A stretch of 64,000 nucleotides of DNA, from IMG/VR virus record IMGVR_UViG_2921665137_000001, positions 1 to 64,000 of that record; one strand, 5' to 3'. Every line of letters begins with the position of its first letter. Position 1 is the stretch's first letter. The DNA comes from a virus. Position numbers and translations under genes: made by a program. The notes beneath the pieces are model-generated. The model was not told the origin of the DNA. It was given only the letters and a program-made list of their open reading frames with translations, and did no database searches. This document shows, piece after piece, positions 26,315 through 38,184 of the stretch.

Positions 26315-26751
26315 AGACTCAATGTATTTTGACTTCGTATTGCAAGAACGCAAAAGGGTATGGGGTTCGGCGGATCGACGGCAAGAATTTTCTTGCTCAT
26401 CGACTTTCTTACGCAGAAGCCAATGGGTTGGTCACAGAAGATCTAGCCGGAATCGTGATCAGGCACAAATGCGATAACCCAGCCTGGGTGAATCCTGACC
26501 ATTTGGTTCCAGGGACGCATAAAGATAACTCAAGGGACATGGTTGAGCGGGGCCGTCAAGGGAATACTAGGGGCGAACGGTCGGGTAAGGCGAAATTGAA
26601 GGAAAAGGAGGTCATTGAGATTTTGAGGAGGCTGTCTGCTGGAGAATTTGGGACAGCCTTAGCGAAGGAGTATGGAGTTGGTAACACAACGATCTATGAG
26701 ATCAAATCAGGAAAGCATTGGGCACATTTGCAAGAAAATCAGTCAATCTAA
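26311..26751 (+). CDS. HNH homing endonuclease (HNH_3 with C-terminal HTH)
   Basis: GYGVRRIDGKNFLAHRLSY...HKCDNPAWVNPDHL. GC is clearly lower (about 48%) than the flanks, suggesting a recently acquired free-standing homing endonuclease gene. Confidence 0.85.
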   Translation: MKTQCILTSYCKNAKGYGVRRIDGKNFLAHRLSYAEANGLVTEDLAGIVIRHKCDNPAWVNPDHLVPGTHKDNSRDMVERGRQGNTRGERSGKAKLKEKEVIEILRRLSAGEFGTALAKEYGVGNTTIYEIKSGKHWAHLQENQSI

Positions 26752-26863
26752 CTGGCCTCGAAGATGAGTGAAACCGCTGGGGATTCAACGGGGTAGCGTC
26801 GTAAGTCGTACTAAATTCGTAGTATAATTTTGCAAGCTTTGTTTAACTGGATCGGGGTGTTGA

Positions 26864-27265
26864 ATGACGCTAGACGAATCGCAGCAAGTCGAAACTCTGC
26901 TAGTGGAGTGGCACCGCTGGCAGAGCGCCTATTTCCCTGCCCTTGGCACCCCGCGCTGCGATCCGACATGCCGCGGATACCAGACCGGCAATCAGTGGCT
27001 CACCCCGAAAGAGAAGGCGGAACTGGCCGATCAGAAAATCTGGCGGGCCAATTCGGAGATTGTGGATGTTCTCGTTGACACGCTGCACTGGACGCACCGT
27101 GCCGCTATCCAAACGAGCATGCACAATAAGCGCGTCGGGTATGACGTGTTCTCGAATCCCCGGATTAGCGCGGAGGAGTCGCACGAGCTTTATCAGGAAG
27201 CGAAAACGCTCCTGTATCCAAAATTTGTGATGCGCGGGCTGGTTAAGGTGACGGAGGAAGTATGA
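26864..27265 (+). CDS. Hypothetical protein (133 aa), candidate late-gene regulator
   Basis: It has its own promoter with a TATAAT at 26823-28 and three TCGTA repeats. It is the last sizeable gene before the packaging module. Confidence 0.5.
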   Translation: MTLDESQQVETLLVEWHRWQSAYFPALGTPRCDPTCRGYQTGNQWLTPKEKAELADQKIWRANSEIVDVLVDTLHWTHRAAIQTSMHNKRVGYDVFSNPRISAEESHELYQEAKTLLYPKFVMRGLVKVTEEV

Positions 27266-27570
27266 GGGAAATCGAAAAGCTGGAGTCGCAGTTGCGCGGG
27301 CTGATGGAGGGCGAATTCTCAAGCATGACCATCTCGTTCAATAGTCATGCGTCCGGTTATGTCAATGCCCGAAGAGCGATCGAAGAAGGAGAATACGGTC
27401 ATGCCGATTGGGTTTCTGACGAAGAATGCCAGAAGGCTGCTGAGACGAATTCCGTCTGGGAAATCCACTGGTACCCGCAAACTCCCATAGGCTTCTATGC
27501 CGTAGCCGCATCTACCCTTGAGGCATGCCTGAGAAGGGTGCTCGAAGAGCCTTGGAGCACTGCAGATTAA
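27262..27570 (+). CDS. Hypothetical protein (102 aa)
   Basis: ATGA-coupled. Confidence 0.5.
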   Translation: MREIEKLESQLRGLMEGEFSSMTISFNSHASGYVNARRAIEEGEYGHADWVSDEECQKAAETNSVWEIHWYPQTPIGFYAVAASTLEACLRRVLEEPWSTAD

Positions 27571-27668
27571 AAATATTTCTCGAAAGTGCTTGTAAACCCT
27601 GAAATTTTCTGGCATGCTTGACTTGTGGAGCCCAAAAAGCCTCTACAGAATTCATAGCCCGCCAGGTG

Positions 27669-27692
27669 GAAGCCTCGCGGGCTTTTCTATTT
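27669..27692 (+). terminator. Possible rho-independent terminator
   Basis: GAAGCC-tcgcg-GGCTT stem followed by TTTCTATTT, within an AT-richer intergenic region. Confidence 0.35.
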
Positions 27693-27702
27693 GGTGCCCG
27701 CC

Positions 27703-27972
27703 ATGTCATCCATTACCTTCCAGTCGAACTCGTTTGGCCGGGACCCGATGGAACTTGCCGCTGCCAGTCAGGCCCGCGAGCGTCGCCAGCCCAAAGAGCC
27801 GCGGCGTGAGGTGACAAATTGTCAAATCACCGAATTTCCGAGACGCTGGGAATCGCAAGAGTGGAGCCCCGCCCGCCAACGAGCAGAACAACTGTTCACC
27901 GGCATGGCCGACGAACGCACCGCGCCGAGTGCTGCACGGCGGGCGGCGGAATCGCTTTTTGCGGGGGAGTGA
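27703..27972 (+). CDS. Hypothetical protein (89 aa)
   Basis: ATG 27703 has no clear ribosome-binding site. Its stop lies 2 nt before the next ATG. The call is weak. Confidence 0.3.
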   Translation: MSSITFQSNSFGRDPMELAAASQARERRQPKEPRREVTNCQITEFPRRWESQEWSPARQRAEQLFTGMADERTAPSAARRAAESLFAGE

Positions 27973-27974
27973 GC

Positions 27975-28352
27975 ATGAAACCAGTCAAACAGACAAAGCT
28001 GTATAGCGCTGACGGCATACACAACGGCAATTGCCTTGCGGCGTGCATCGCATCATTGCTTGATCTGCCGTTGTGGATGGTCCCGCCCTTCGAAGACATG
28101 TTCGGGCGCGGCGATCACACCTCGCGCATGATCGAATGGCTCAACCATATGTTCAAGCTTGAACTCGTCTGGGAAGACGGTCACCCCGTCGATGAGTTGC
28201 CTGAGTTCTATATTGCTGTGGGCCGGTCGCCGCGTGGCGTGCATCATGCCGTCATCTACAGCAAGGGCGAGATGGTGCATGACCCGCACTACTCTAACGA
28301 CGGGATTGCCGAAGTTGATAGCGTGAAGTATCTCGCGCCGCTTGGTGCATGA
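27975..28352 (+). CDS. Predicted papain-fold (C39-like) peptidase-domain protein, paralog of 24374..24826
   Basis: GNCLAACIASLLDLPLWMVPPF and HHAVIYSKGEMVHDPH align with the Cys and His/Asp motifs of the paralog. Confidence 0.55.
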   Translation: MKPVKQTKLYSADGIHNGNCLAACIASLLDLPLWMVPPFEDMFGRGDHTSRMIEWLNHMFKLELVWEDGHPVDELPEFYIAVGRSPRGVHHAVIYSKGEMVHDPHYSNDGIAEVDSVKYLAPLGA

Positions 28353-28355
28353 GCC

Positions 28356-28553
28356 ATGGACGACATGAGCGAACGGGATCAGGCAATCATCGCCGAGTGG
28401 ACTCTGGATACGTTCGATGCCGCAGTGCATGCTGTCCTGGTCACCCCGCCATGGCGCCCGACTGATCACGCCTATGGTGTGCTGCGCGGATATCGCGAAG
28501 CTGGCCTAACACCCGCCGAAGCCGCGCAGGCATTCTTTAGCACAAGACAATGA
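28356..28553 (+). CDS. Hypothetical small protein (65 aa)
   Basis: Clean ORF. Confidence 0.4.
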   Translation: MDDMSERDQAIIAEWTLDTFDAAVHAVLVTPPWRPTDHAYGVLRGYREAGLTPAEAAQAFFSTRQ

Positions 28554-28672
28554 CCGAAGCCCAACAGTTAATCGACAGCCTCGAAGCCGATATCCAAAGG
28601 ATGCGGATTGACGATGCGCTGAAGGCGTCGATGATCGCAAAACTGGATGCACTTCGTCGGATGGTGCTGTGA
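28550..28672 (+). CDS. Hypothetical small helical protein (40 aa)
   Basis: ATGA overlaps at both ends link 28356..28553 and 28669..28869. Confidence 0.3.
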   Translation: MTEAQQLIDSLEADIQRMRIDDALKASMIAKLDALRRMVL

Positions 28673-28869
28673 TGACTGACAAGACATTCAGGATGGACGT
28701 ACCTCTCGGCTTCGACGGAGATGGCTACCAGGCCGCAATTGAGTTGTATGTCGCTGGCCTGGTTGGGCGTGAATGCACCACGGAACTGCGTGACGAGGTG
28801 TACGAGAAAGCCTGTTCCATGGCCAAAGATTTCGTGAAAGTCGGAGAAGTGATCGTCAGTTTCGACTGA
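28669..28869 (+). CDS. Hypothetical small acidic protein (66 aa)
   Basis: ATGA-coupled. Confidence 0.4.
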   Translation: MMTDKTFRMDVPLGFDGDGYQAAIELYVAGLVGRECTTELRDEVYEKACSMAKDFVKVGEVIVSFD

Positions 28870-28937
28870 TTCCCCCGCTCCCACCGTCAGCATGGGTCGG
28901 CCATGCAGCGTTAGACGGACGATGGTGAGCCCTAACA

Positions 28938-29010
28938 CGGGTGGTAGCTCAGGGAGCAGGCCGGATTCCAAATCCGAGCCGGGTGACGTTCGATTCGTCC
29001 GCTGCCCGCC
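28938..29010 (+). tRNA. tRNA-like element, Trp(CCA)-like anticodon loop and a degenerate D-arm. It may be a phage tRNA, a tRNA pseudogene or an att/pac-associated remnant.
   Basis: Acceptor GGGTGGT pairs with GCTGCCC (with G·U pairs). D-stem GCTC/GAGC has only a 3-nt loop. Anticodon stem-loop is CGGA-TTCCAAA-TCCG. T-arm is GACG-TTCGATT-CGTC with G53:C61, then discriminator G and an encoded CCA. A second perfect T-arm-like hairpin TCAGG-TTCGAAG-CCTGG lies at 29041-29057. Confidence 0.3.
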
Positions 29011-29343
29011 AGAGGAAAGCTCCGGTACGCAGGCCGGCGAGTCAGGTTCGAAGCCTGGCGTCTTCACGCATGACGATTGAGATAGCCGTATGGGGCATTC
29101 CGGCCGGATGCCAGTACTTGCCGGCGTCAGTCGTCAGTCGTGAAGGTGAAGCACCACCGGTAGCGCGCTCCGATCGGAGGCCATAGCGCCATGCGTACCG
29201 GTCGCATTAGCTCTCTCCCCAATCTCCTCGCGCCGACCTCATCGGCGTTTGCCCAGTGGGTTGGGCTATTTTATTTGCATGTCTGAGTGAAAAGTGGCGG
29301 TCGCTCGCTCTGTCGGAAGTGGTAATTACTCAAAGGCGTAGAT

Positions 29344-29892
29344 ATGGGCAGACCATCGAAGCTGACGGATGCTCAGTGGGAAGAAATCCGCAGACGCCTT
29401 CTCGCAGGTGAGGTGGGCCGCGAACTCGGGCGTGAATTCGGAGTCGCTGAATCGGCGATCCGCAAGCGTTTTGGTGCGCAGATCAAGCAAATAAAAGACG
29501 TTGCAAATCAAATAGTTGCGACCGAAGTAGCGCTTAAGGCACTCCCAGTAAGTGCGCAGATAAGTGCGCATGACTATGCCGCGCAATTACGCGCCATCAC
29601 AACGCATACGGTAGGCGCTGCGCAATATGGCGCCGCCATCTCTCACCGGCTCATGGGCATTGCTCACGGGAAGGTGATGGAGATCGATGACGCAACGCCG
29701 CTAGGCGAAGAAAGCGCCCAGACCCTGAAGGGCATTGCGGTCCTTACGCGAATGGCGAACGAGTCGAGCGAGATCGGCCTCAATCTGTTGCGCGCGAACA
29801 AGGATGCTGGCGGCAATCCTTTGCGGGAAATCGACATCACTCCGGAGAGCGGCCTGACTCCAGAAGAGGAGTATCTGAAATTCATAGGCTGA
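29344..29892 (+). CDS. Terminase small subunit
   Basis: N-terminal HTH (MGRPSKLTDAQWEEIRRRLLAGE), with the large subunit immediately downstream. Confidence 0.7.
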   Translation: MGRPSKLTDAQWEEIRRRLLAGEVGRELGREFGVAESAIRKRFGAQIKQIKDVANQIVATEVALKALPVSAQISAHDYAAQLRAITTHTVGAAQYGAAISHRLMGIAHGKVMEIDDATPLGEESAQTLKGIAVLTRMANESSEIGLNLLRANKDAGGNPLREIDITPESGLTPEEEYLKFIG

Positions 29893-29893
29893 G

Positions 29894-31525
29894 ATGGCGC
29901 ACGATCAAATAACAATCGACTGGCGCAATCCGGACTATCTACCGATCTACGAACAGCGCAAGAGGCTGATTGCGAAGATACGCAACAAAGAGGTCAGTCT
30001 CGCCAATCTGAAGCAGTTCTACAAAGCGCATCCGGTCGAGTTCATCTCGACGTTCGGAATGACGTTTGACCCGCGCAATATCGAAGTGGGATTGCCGGGA
30101 ACGATACCGTTCCTGATGTTCCCCAAACAGGTCGAGTTCATAGAATGGTTGCGGGACAGATGGCTCGCGCGCGGTGACGGACTGGCCGAGAAGTCGCGCG
30201 ACATGGGACTGTCCTGGCTGTGCGCGGCCTTTGCGGTGTGGATGTGGACATTCCATCCTGGCGCCGTGATTGGGTTCGGCAGTCGCAAAGAGTCATACGT
30301 AGACGACTCGAGCGACCCGAAGTCGCTGTTCTGGAAGGTGCGGTTCTTCATTGCTCGTCTGCCCAAAGAATTCAGGCCGGCCGGCTACGTCGAGAAGACG
30401 CACGCGCCGTTCATGAAGATCTCGAACCCGGAAAACGGGGCGATGATCGTCGGTGAGGCAGGCGACAACATTGGCCGCGGTAACCGGACCTCGATCTATT
30501 TCAAGGATGAGTCGGCCTATTACGAGCGGCCCGAGAAAATCGACGCGGCGCTGAGCCAGACATCGAACTGCAAGATCGACATTTCGACGCCGAACGGCAT
30601 TGGTAATCCGTTCTATGCCAAGCGGCACGGCGGCAAGATCCCCGTGTTCACGTTCAACTGGCGTGACGACCCGCGCAAAGATGACGCCTGGTATCAGAAG
30701 CAGATTGACACGATGGACGCGGTCCATGTGGCGCAGGAAATCGACATCAACTATGCGGCATCGGTTGAAGGCGTCCTGATTCCGAATGCCTGGGTGATGG
30801 CAGCGGTCAATGCGCATCTGGCACTGGGAATTGAGCCGACCGGCGCGCGCGAAGGTGCGCTTGATGTGGCTGACGAAGGTCGCGACAACAATGCCTTCTG
30901 CGGCGCGCACGGCATTTTGATTGAGATGATCGAGGAATGGTCTGGCTCGGGCGGTGACATTTTCGCCACGGTCGAGAAGGCTTTCCATCTGAGCGACCTG
31001 CACGAATATCGCCGGTTCAAGTACGACGCCGATGGTCTGGGTGCTGGATGCCGCGGTGATGCGCGAATCATTAATGAAAAGCGGGCCGAGAAGAAGATCG
31101 AACTGATTGAGGTCGAACCGTTTCGCGGATCCGAAGCCCCGTTCAATCCTGATGGCGAGGATGTCAAGGGCCGCAAGAACGCGGACTTCTTTGCCAACCG
31201 TAAGGCACAAGCCTGGTGGGCGTTGCGGACACGGTTCCAGAAGACCTATCGCGCAGTGGTCGAAAAGCAGCCCTTTGACCCCGACGAAATCATCTCCATC
31301 TCAAGCGACATGCCATTGCGACGGAAGCTGATGACGGAACTGAGTCAGCCGACGTACTCGATTAATACCGTAGGCAAGGTGCTGGTCGACAAAGCTCCTG
31401 ATGGCACGAAAAGCCCGAACCTTGCTGACAGCGTTGCATATCGCTTCGCCGAGGTGAGTAAGCGACCAATGGTCATCACCAAAGACGCACTTAAACAATT
31501 CGCCCACATGGGTAAGACCCGATGA
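29894..31525 (+). CDS. Terminase large subunit
   Basis: 543 aa. ATPase N-domain and nuclease C-domain organisation. Its position fits. Confidence 0.85.
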   Translation: MAHDQITIDWRNPDYLPIYEQRKRLIAKIRNKEVSLANLKQFYKAHPVEFISTFGMTFDPRNIEVGLPGTIPFLMFPKQVEFIEWLRDRWLARGDGLAEKSRDMGLSWLCAAFAVWMWTFHPGAVIGFGSRKESYVDDSSDPKSLFWKVRFFIARLPKEFRPAGYVEKTHAPFMKISNPENGAMIVGEAGDNIGRGNRTSIYFKDESAYYERPEKIDAALSQTSNCKIDISTPNGIGNPFYAKRHGGKIPVFTFNWRDDPRKDDAWYQKQIDTMDAVHVAQEIDINYAASVEGVLIPNAWVMAAVNAHLALGIEPTGAREGALDVADEGRDNNAFCGAHGILIEMIEEWSGSGGDIFATVEKAFHLSDLHEYRRFKYDADGLGAGCRGDARIINEKRAEKKIELIEVEPFRGSEAPFNPDGEDVKGRKNADFFANRKAQAWWALRTRFQKTYRAVVEKQPFDPDEIISISSDMPLRRKLMTELSQPTYSINTVGKVLVDKAPDGTKSPNLADSVAYRFAEVSKRPMVITKDALKQFAHMGKTR

Positions 31526-33090
31526 ATCGCCGCCAACGCAAAAAAGCACAGATGGCCGCGCAGCACGTGGCTCCTGTGCCGGCGAAGCCTGCGGGCATGA
31601 GGGTGTCGTCCGACGTGGTGATGAGCATGCGCCACAAGCCGGCCACGAAACCGCGGAAGACTGCGCTCGAGCTGTTCGCGCCGTATGAGCCGATGAAAGG
31701 CGTACTGCCATCTGGCAGTAGCGGCAAACAGATCGCGATGGACGCCGGCTTCAATGCCAACAACGCGTCGACGAATCTCGGACTGCTCGACAACGTCAAT
31801 GCTGTCTTTGATCAGGGTTATGCGTTCCCCGGGTTCCAGATTCTTGCGTCATGGGCGCAGATCCCCGAGTTCCGCCGTCCCGCCGAGGTGTACGCGCGGG
31901 AAATGACTCGCAAGTGGATCAAACTCCAGGCGGTTGGCGAGGAAGACAAGTCGAACAAGATCAAGCGCATCGAAGCCGAGTTCAAGCGCCTGAATGTGCA
32001 GGCCGTGTTTCGCGAGGCGATCGAGCAGGATTGCAAGTTCGGCCGCTCGCAGATCTTTATCGACCTCGGCATGCAGTCCGACCAGATCGATTCGAAGGAG
32101 TTGATGACGGAACTGGTCGAGTCGCCGGCCAAGGTTGGACTCGGCTCAATCAAACGCCTGGCTGTCGTTGAGGCCAACTGGTCATACCCGAACCGGTATA
32201 ACGCGAACGACCCGCTTGATCCGACGTTCTACAAGCCGACGAGCTGGTTTGTCATGGGCAAGGAGATTCACTCCTCGCGCCTCCTGACGATCATCACGCG
32301 CGACGTGCCGGATATCTTCAAGCCAGCATATGCCTTCGCTGGGCTGTCGCTGTCGCAGATGATGAAGCCGTACGTGGATAACTGGATTCGCACACGGCAG
32401 TCCGTGTCAGACTTGGTACACGCGTTCACCGTCTGGGTGCTCAAGACGGACATGGCTACCATCCTGAGTGCAGGCGGCGCTGACAACCTCTACAACCGCC
32501 TGCAGGTGTTCAACCTGGCGCGGGACAACCACGGCGTGAACGTGGTCAACAAGGAGACGGAAGACTTCGCCAACGTCTCGGCATCCTTGGCGGGTCTGGA
32601 TAAGCTTCAGGCACAAAGCCAGGAGCAGATGTGCGCGCCATCAGGTCTGCCTCTCGTACACCTGACCGGCATCACGCCTTCTGGCCTGAATGCGACTTCG
32701 GAAGGCGAAATTGAGGTGTGGCAGGACAATGTTGGCGCAACCCAGCAGATCTATACGCCCGCGCTGTCGAAGATTCTGAATCTTGTTCAGTTGTCGCTGT
32801 TCGCCGAAATTGATCCAGGCATCGGATTTGAGTGGGTGCCGCTGCGCACGATGAGCCCTGAGCAGCGTTCAACGATTCGCAAGGTGGATGCGGAGACCGA
32901 TGACATGCTCATTGGTGCTGGTGTGCTGACGCCCGAAGAATCCCGTACGCGTATTGCGAATGAGGAAGACTCGCCGTATCACGGGCTTGAGACCAACGTC
33001 GATCTGCCCGACGTGCCGGAACCCGAAGAGGGTCCGCTCAATCGCGCCGAGAAAATCAGCGGACAGCAATCAACGAAAGGTGACGAATGA
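31522..33090 (+). CDS. Portal protein
   Basis: 522 aa immediately after the terminase gene, ATGA-coupled, with an acidic C-terminus. Confidence 0.8.
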   Translation: MNRRQRKKAQMAAQHVAPVPAKPAGMRVSSDVVMSMRHKPATKPRKTALELFAPYEPMKGVLPSGSSGKQIAMDAGFNANNASTNLGLLDNVNAVFDQGYAFPGFQILASWAQIPEFRRPAEVYAREMTRKWIKLQAVGEEDKSNKIKRIEAEFKRLNVQAVFREAIEQDCKFGRSQIFIDLGMQSDQIDSKELMTELVESPAKVGLGSIKRLAVVEANWSYPNRYNANDPLDPTFYKPTSWFVMGKEIHSSRLLTIITRDVPDIFKPAYAFAGLSLSQMMKPYVDNWIRTRQSVSDLVHAFTVWVLKTDMATILSAGGADNLYNRLQVFNLARDNHGVNVVNKETEDFANVSASLAGLDKLQAQSQEQMCAPSGLPLVHLTGITPSGLNATSEGEIEVWQDNVGATQQIYTPALSKILNLVQLSLFAEIDPGIGFEWVPLRTMSPEQRSTIRKVDAETDDMLIGAGVLTPEESRTRIANEEDSPYHGLETNVDLPDVPEPEEGPLNRAEKISGQQSTKGDE

Positions 33091-33407
33091 ATCTCCAGAT
33101 TGGTCCGACAACCCCATGGGTTGCCCAGGCTGGCCCTCAAGGCATCACGGCAACGCCGCTCGGATTCCAGCAGATCACCACCCTGTCGACTGCGCAGTCC
33201 TTGACCGTGCCGGCTGGTGCCTTGCTGGCCGTCATCCAGGCATCCACGCAAGCTATTAGCTGGCGCGATGATGGTATAGCTCCTACTGCCACGGTCGGCA
33301 TGTCGATCGCGACTGGTAACGAGCTCCAATACAACGGCAACCTGTCGGCAATCCAGTTGATCCAGGTGACCTCTGGCGCGATTGCCAACATTAGTTACTA
33401 TCGTTGA
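33087..33407 (+). CDS. Small β-rich hypothetical protein (106 aa)
   Basis: ATGA-coupled to the portal gene. Thr/Ala/Gln-rich. Confidence 0.45.
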   Translation: MNLQIGPTTPWVAQAGPQGITATPLGFQQITTLSTAQSLTVPAGALLAVIQASTQAISWRDDGIAPTATVGMSIATGNELQYNGNLSAIQLIQVTSGAIANISYYR

Positions 33408-33411
33408 CGCC

Positions 33412-34941
33412 ATGCCTTACACAATCAACGCTGGTGGCGGTGGCGGATCAACGGCCACAACAACGCCGCAATCGCAGGAACGGCTCATTGCTGGCCCTGC
33501 GCTTTGTTACGCGAACACACCAACTGCGGCAACTACCCAGGCCCAGAATACAGCACAGCCGATCCAGTTCATTGGCGGAGCCACGAGATTCCGGCCTGAA
33601 TTTGACGGCCGGTATGATCCGGGCATTACCACGCAATCGGAAACGGACATCACCGCACCGGTTGCAATTACTGGTGTGTTCTGCTATCCGTACGCGTGCT
33701 TTACAGGCTCGATCACCACCACAGTACTGACGGTGACTGGCACTCCACAAGGCGCGCTGGCCGTTGGGCAAACGTTGCAAGGCGGAACGATTGCGGCAGG
33801 TACGACGATTACGGCCCTTGGCACCGGCACTGGTGGGGCGGGGACCTATACGGTCAGCATCTCGCAGTCCGTTACCAGCACGCCGCTCCTTAATGCGGAA
33901 ACAATTCATACCGTACTTACATTCCAGGGCCAGACGACAGGCACGCTAAATCCTGGTGCAATCGGGTATGCCGCTGACTACATCGAACTCGAGGCCGCCG
34001 CAGGAACATGGGGGCGCCTGAGACTATTTGCGCAGGTCGCCAACGGTCAGAAGCTTCCGCGTGGATTCAACTTCAACAGCGTGATCTTCCCGGGTGCGCA
34101 GGTCAGTTCGACCACGACCGAAACGGATCAAACACAGGCCTTGTCATTTGCATGGCCGGCTAACGTGGCCGCGGGATTCTACGCTTTCAGCGCAAACCGA
34201 TTCGTCGGCGTCGGACTCCAGCGCGTGCCTTCCGTTGGTTTCATGGGTGATTCGATTACGCATGGAATTGGTTACACGAACAATCTGGGCCTTGGTGATA
34301 TCGGCCAGATGCTGAATGGCGTTGCCAATACGGCGAATTTCGGGTATCCGAGCGAACGGATGCAGTTTGCCGTCCTCGGAAATAGCTCGAAATCACGTGA
34401 CCGGTTGTTCCGCGTATCCGATATTGTCACCGTTGCCGAGGCTACGAATGACTTCCACAATGGCCAGACGCTGGCCCAGGTACAGGCAAACAACCTGGAA
34501 ATGTGGGCGCGTTGCATGCGTAGGAAAGCCGCAGTCATTCCATTGACGGTTACACCCCAGTCGACGTCAACGGATGGATGGGTAACAGAGGCCAATCAGA
34601 CGCCACTGTCGGCGTGGGTGGCGGGTGGTGCTGCCCAGCTTTACAACGCATGGCTGCGTGATGGCGCCGCGGTAACTGGGACTCTGGCGACGGGCTTCGT
34701 TGCTGCGGCAACCGGCTCGAGCGGTGCGGGAATTCTCCGGATTGGGCAAACCGGGCATCCGGCAATCTATCTGCTGGATCGGGCAATCAGCATGGAGTCA
34801 ATCGTGACGCCCGGCGTGTGGATTGCGAACGGCTCGCCCGATGGCATTCACCCGTTGCAGCTCGCGGTCAATGCCGAAATCGCCTCGCAGCAAACTGGTT
34901 TGAGAGCAGTCGTCGCAGCCTACGGTGCAACCCTGTCCTGA
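33412..34941 (+). CDS. SGNH/GDSL hydrolase carrying one copy of the Thr/Gly-rich virion repeat domain
   Basis: [13 protein letters not shown] (block I) ... DGIHP (block V). The repeat [25 protein letters not shown]...[18 protein letters not shown] lies at about 33715-33890. The ATG at 33412 is chosen over the TTG at 33382. Confidence 0.75.
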   Translation: MPYTINAGGGGGSTATTTPQSQERLIAGPALCYANTPTAATTQAQNTAQPIQFIGGATRFRPEFDGRYDPGITTQSETDITAPVAITGVFCYPYACFTGSITTTVLTVTGTPQGALAVGQTLQGGTIAAGTTITALGTGTGGAGTYTVSISQSVTSTPLLNAETIHTVLTFQGQTTGTLNPGAIGYAADYIELEAAAGTWGRLRLFAQVANGQKLPRGFNFNSVIFPGAQVSSTTTETDQTQALSFAWPANVAAGFYAFSANRFVGVGLQRVPSVGFMGDSITHGIGYTNNLGLGDIGQMLNGVANTANFGYPSERMQFAVLGNSSKSRDRLFRVSDIVTVAEATNDFHNGQTLAQVQANNLEMWARCMRRKAAVIPLTVTPQSTSTDGWVTEANQTPLSAWVAGGAAQLYNAWLRDGAAVTGTLATGFVAAATGSSGAGILRIGQTGHPAIYLLDRAISMESIVTPGVWIANGSPDGIHPLQLAVNAEIASQQTGLRAVVAAYGATLS

Positions 34942-34950
34942 GGAAAATCC

Positions 34951-35238
34951 ATGTACGCAGGCACACCGGGCGGCTCCCAGACAGTAACAGCGGCAGTCGC
35001 ATTGTCGGCATCAAGCCCGCAGTTGACGATTTACAACAGCGCCTCCGCGATCACCCAGGCGCTCCCTACGACCGGGCTCGTTGATGGACAGAAGCACATG
35101 CTCAAGTGCATGGGGGCGGGTGGCCTGAGCGTCACAGGAAATATCGACACCGTAGCGGCCACGACCGCCACTATTGCCCAGTTCGCCGGAAATACTTTCG
35201 TGTATTCGGTCGCATTGGCGACTTGGGCGAAGTTCTGA
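34951..35238 (+). CDS. Small β-rich hypothetical protein (95 aa)
   Basis: Similar composition to 33087..33407. Confidence 0.45.
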   Translation: MYAGTPGGSQTVTAAVALSASSPQLTIYNSASAITQALPTTGLVDGQKHMLKCMGAGGLSVTGNIDTVAATTATIAQFAGNTFVYSVALATWAKF

Positions 35239-35239
35239 C

Positions 35240-35486
35240 CTAGCCGTACTTGATCGCCCTGATCCGCCTAACCATCTCGGTTAGCTCCAATTCCATCGCA
35301 TCGAACCGCGGTTTGCCTGCGCTATCGGTCAAGCCGTTTTTCAGCAGGAACATATCGAGTTCGGTGTCCAGCAGGTCGGACAGATTGAACCGGGCTGAAT
35401 ACTCATCGTTCTCGCCAACGTACACAACCACGCGTTGCGGCTCTTCGTGGTCATAGCCCACGTAATCCACTTCGATACCTTCTTTC

Positions 35487-35488
<2 letters not shown>
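35240..35488 (-). CDS. Small acidic protein (82 aa) encoded antisense within the head module
   Basis: A GGAG ribosome-binding site lies upstream of ATG 35488. It exactly fills an otherwise non-coding 248-nt gap on the + strand. Its 5' end overlaps the start of the MuF-like gene. Confidence 0.45.
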
Positions 35489-38160
<2,672 letters not shown>

Positions 38161-38184
38161 TCCAATTCAGATCAGGAGTAAGAC

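Noticed and set aside
29041-29068. Second tRNA gene based on the perfect T-arm hairpin TCAGG-TTCGAAG-CCTGG
   Set aside because: No complementary 5' acceptor strand could be found within 70-90 nt upstream and no CCA. Kept only as part of the tRNA-like/pac finding.
30293-31210. 305-aa minus-strand ORF inside the terminase large subunit gene
   Set aside because: Antisense shadow ORF with Arg-rich composition.
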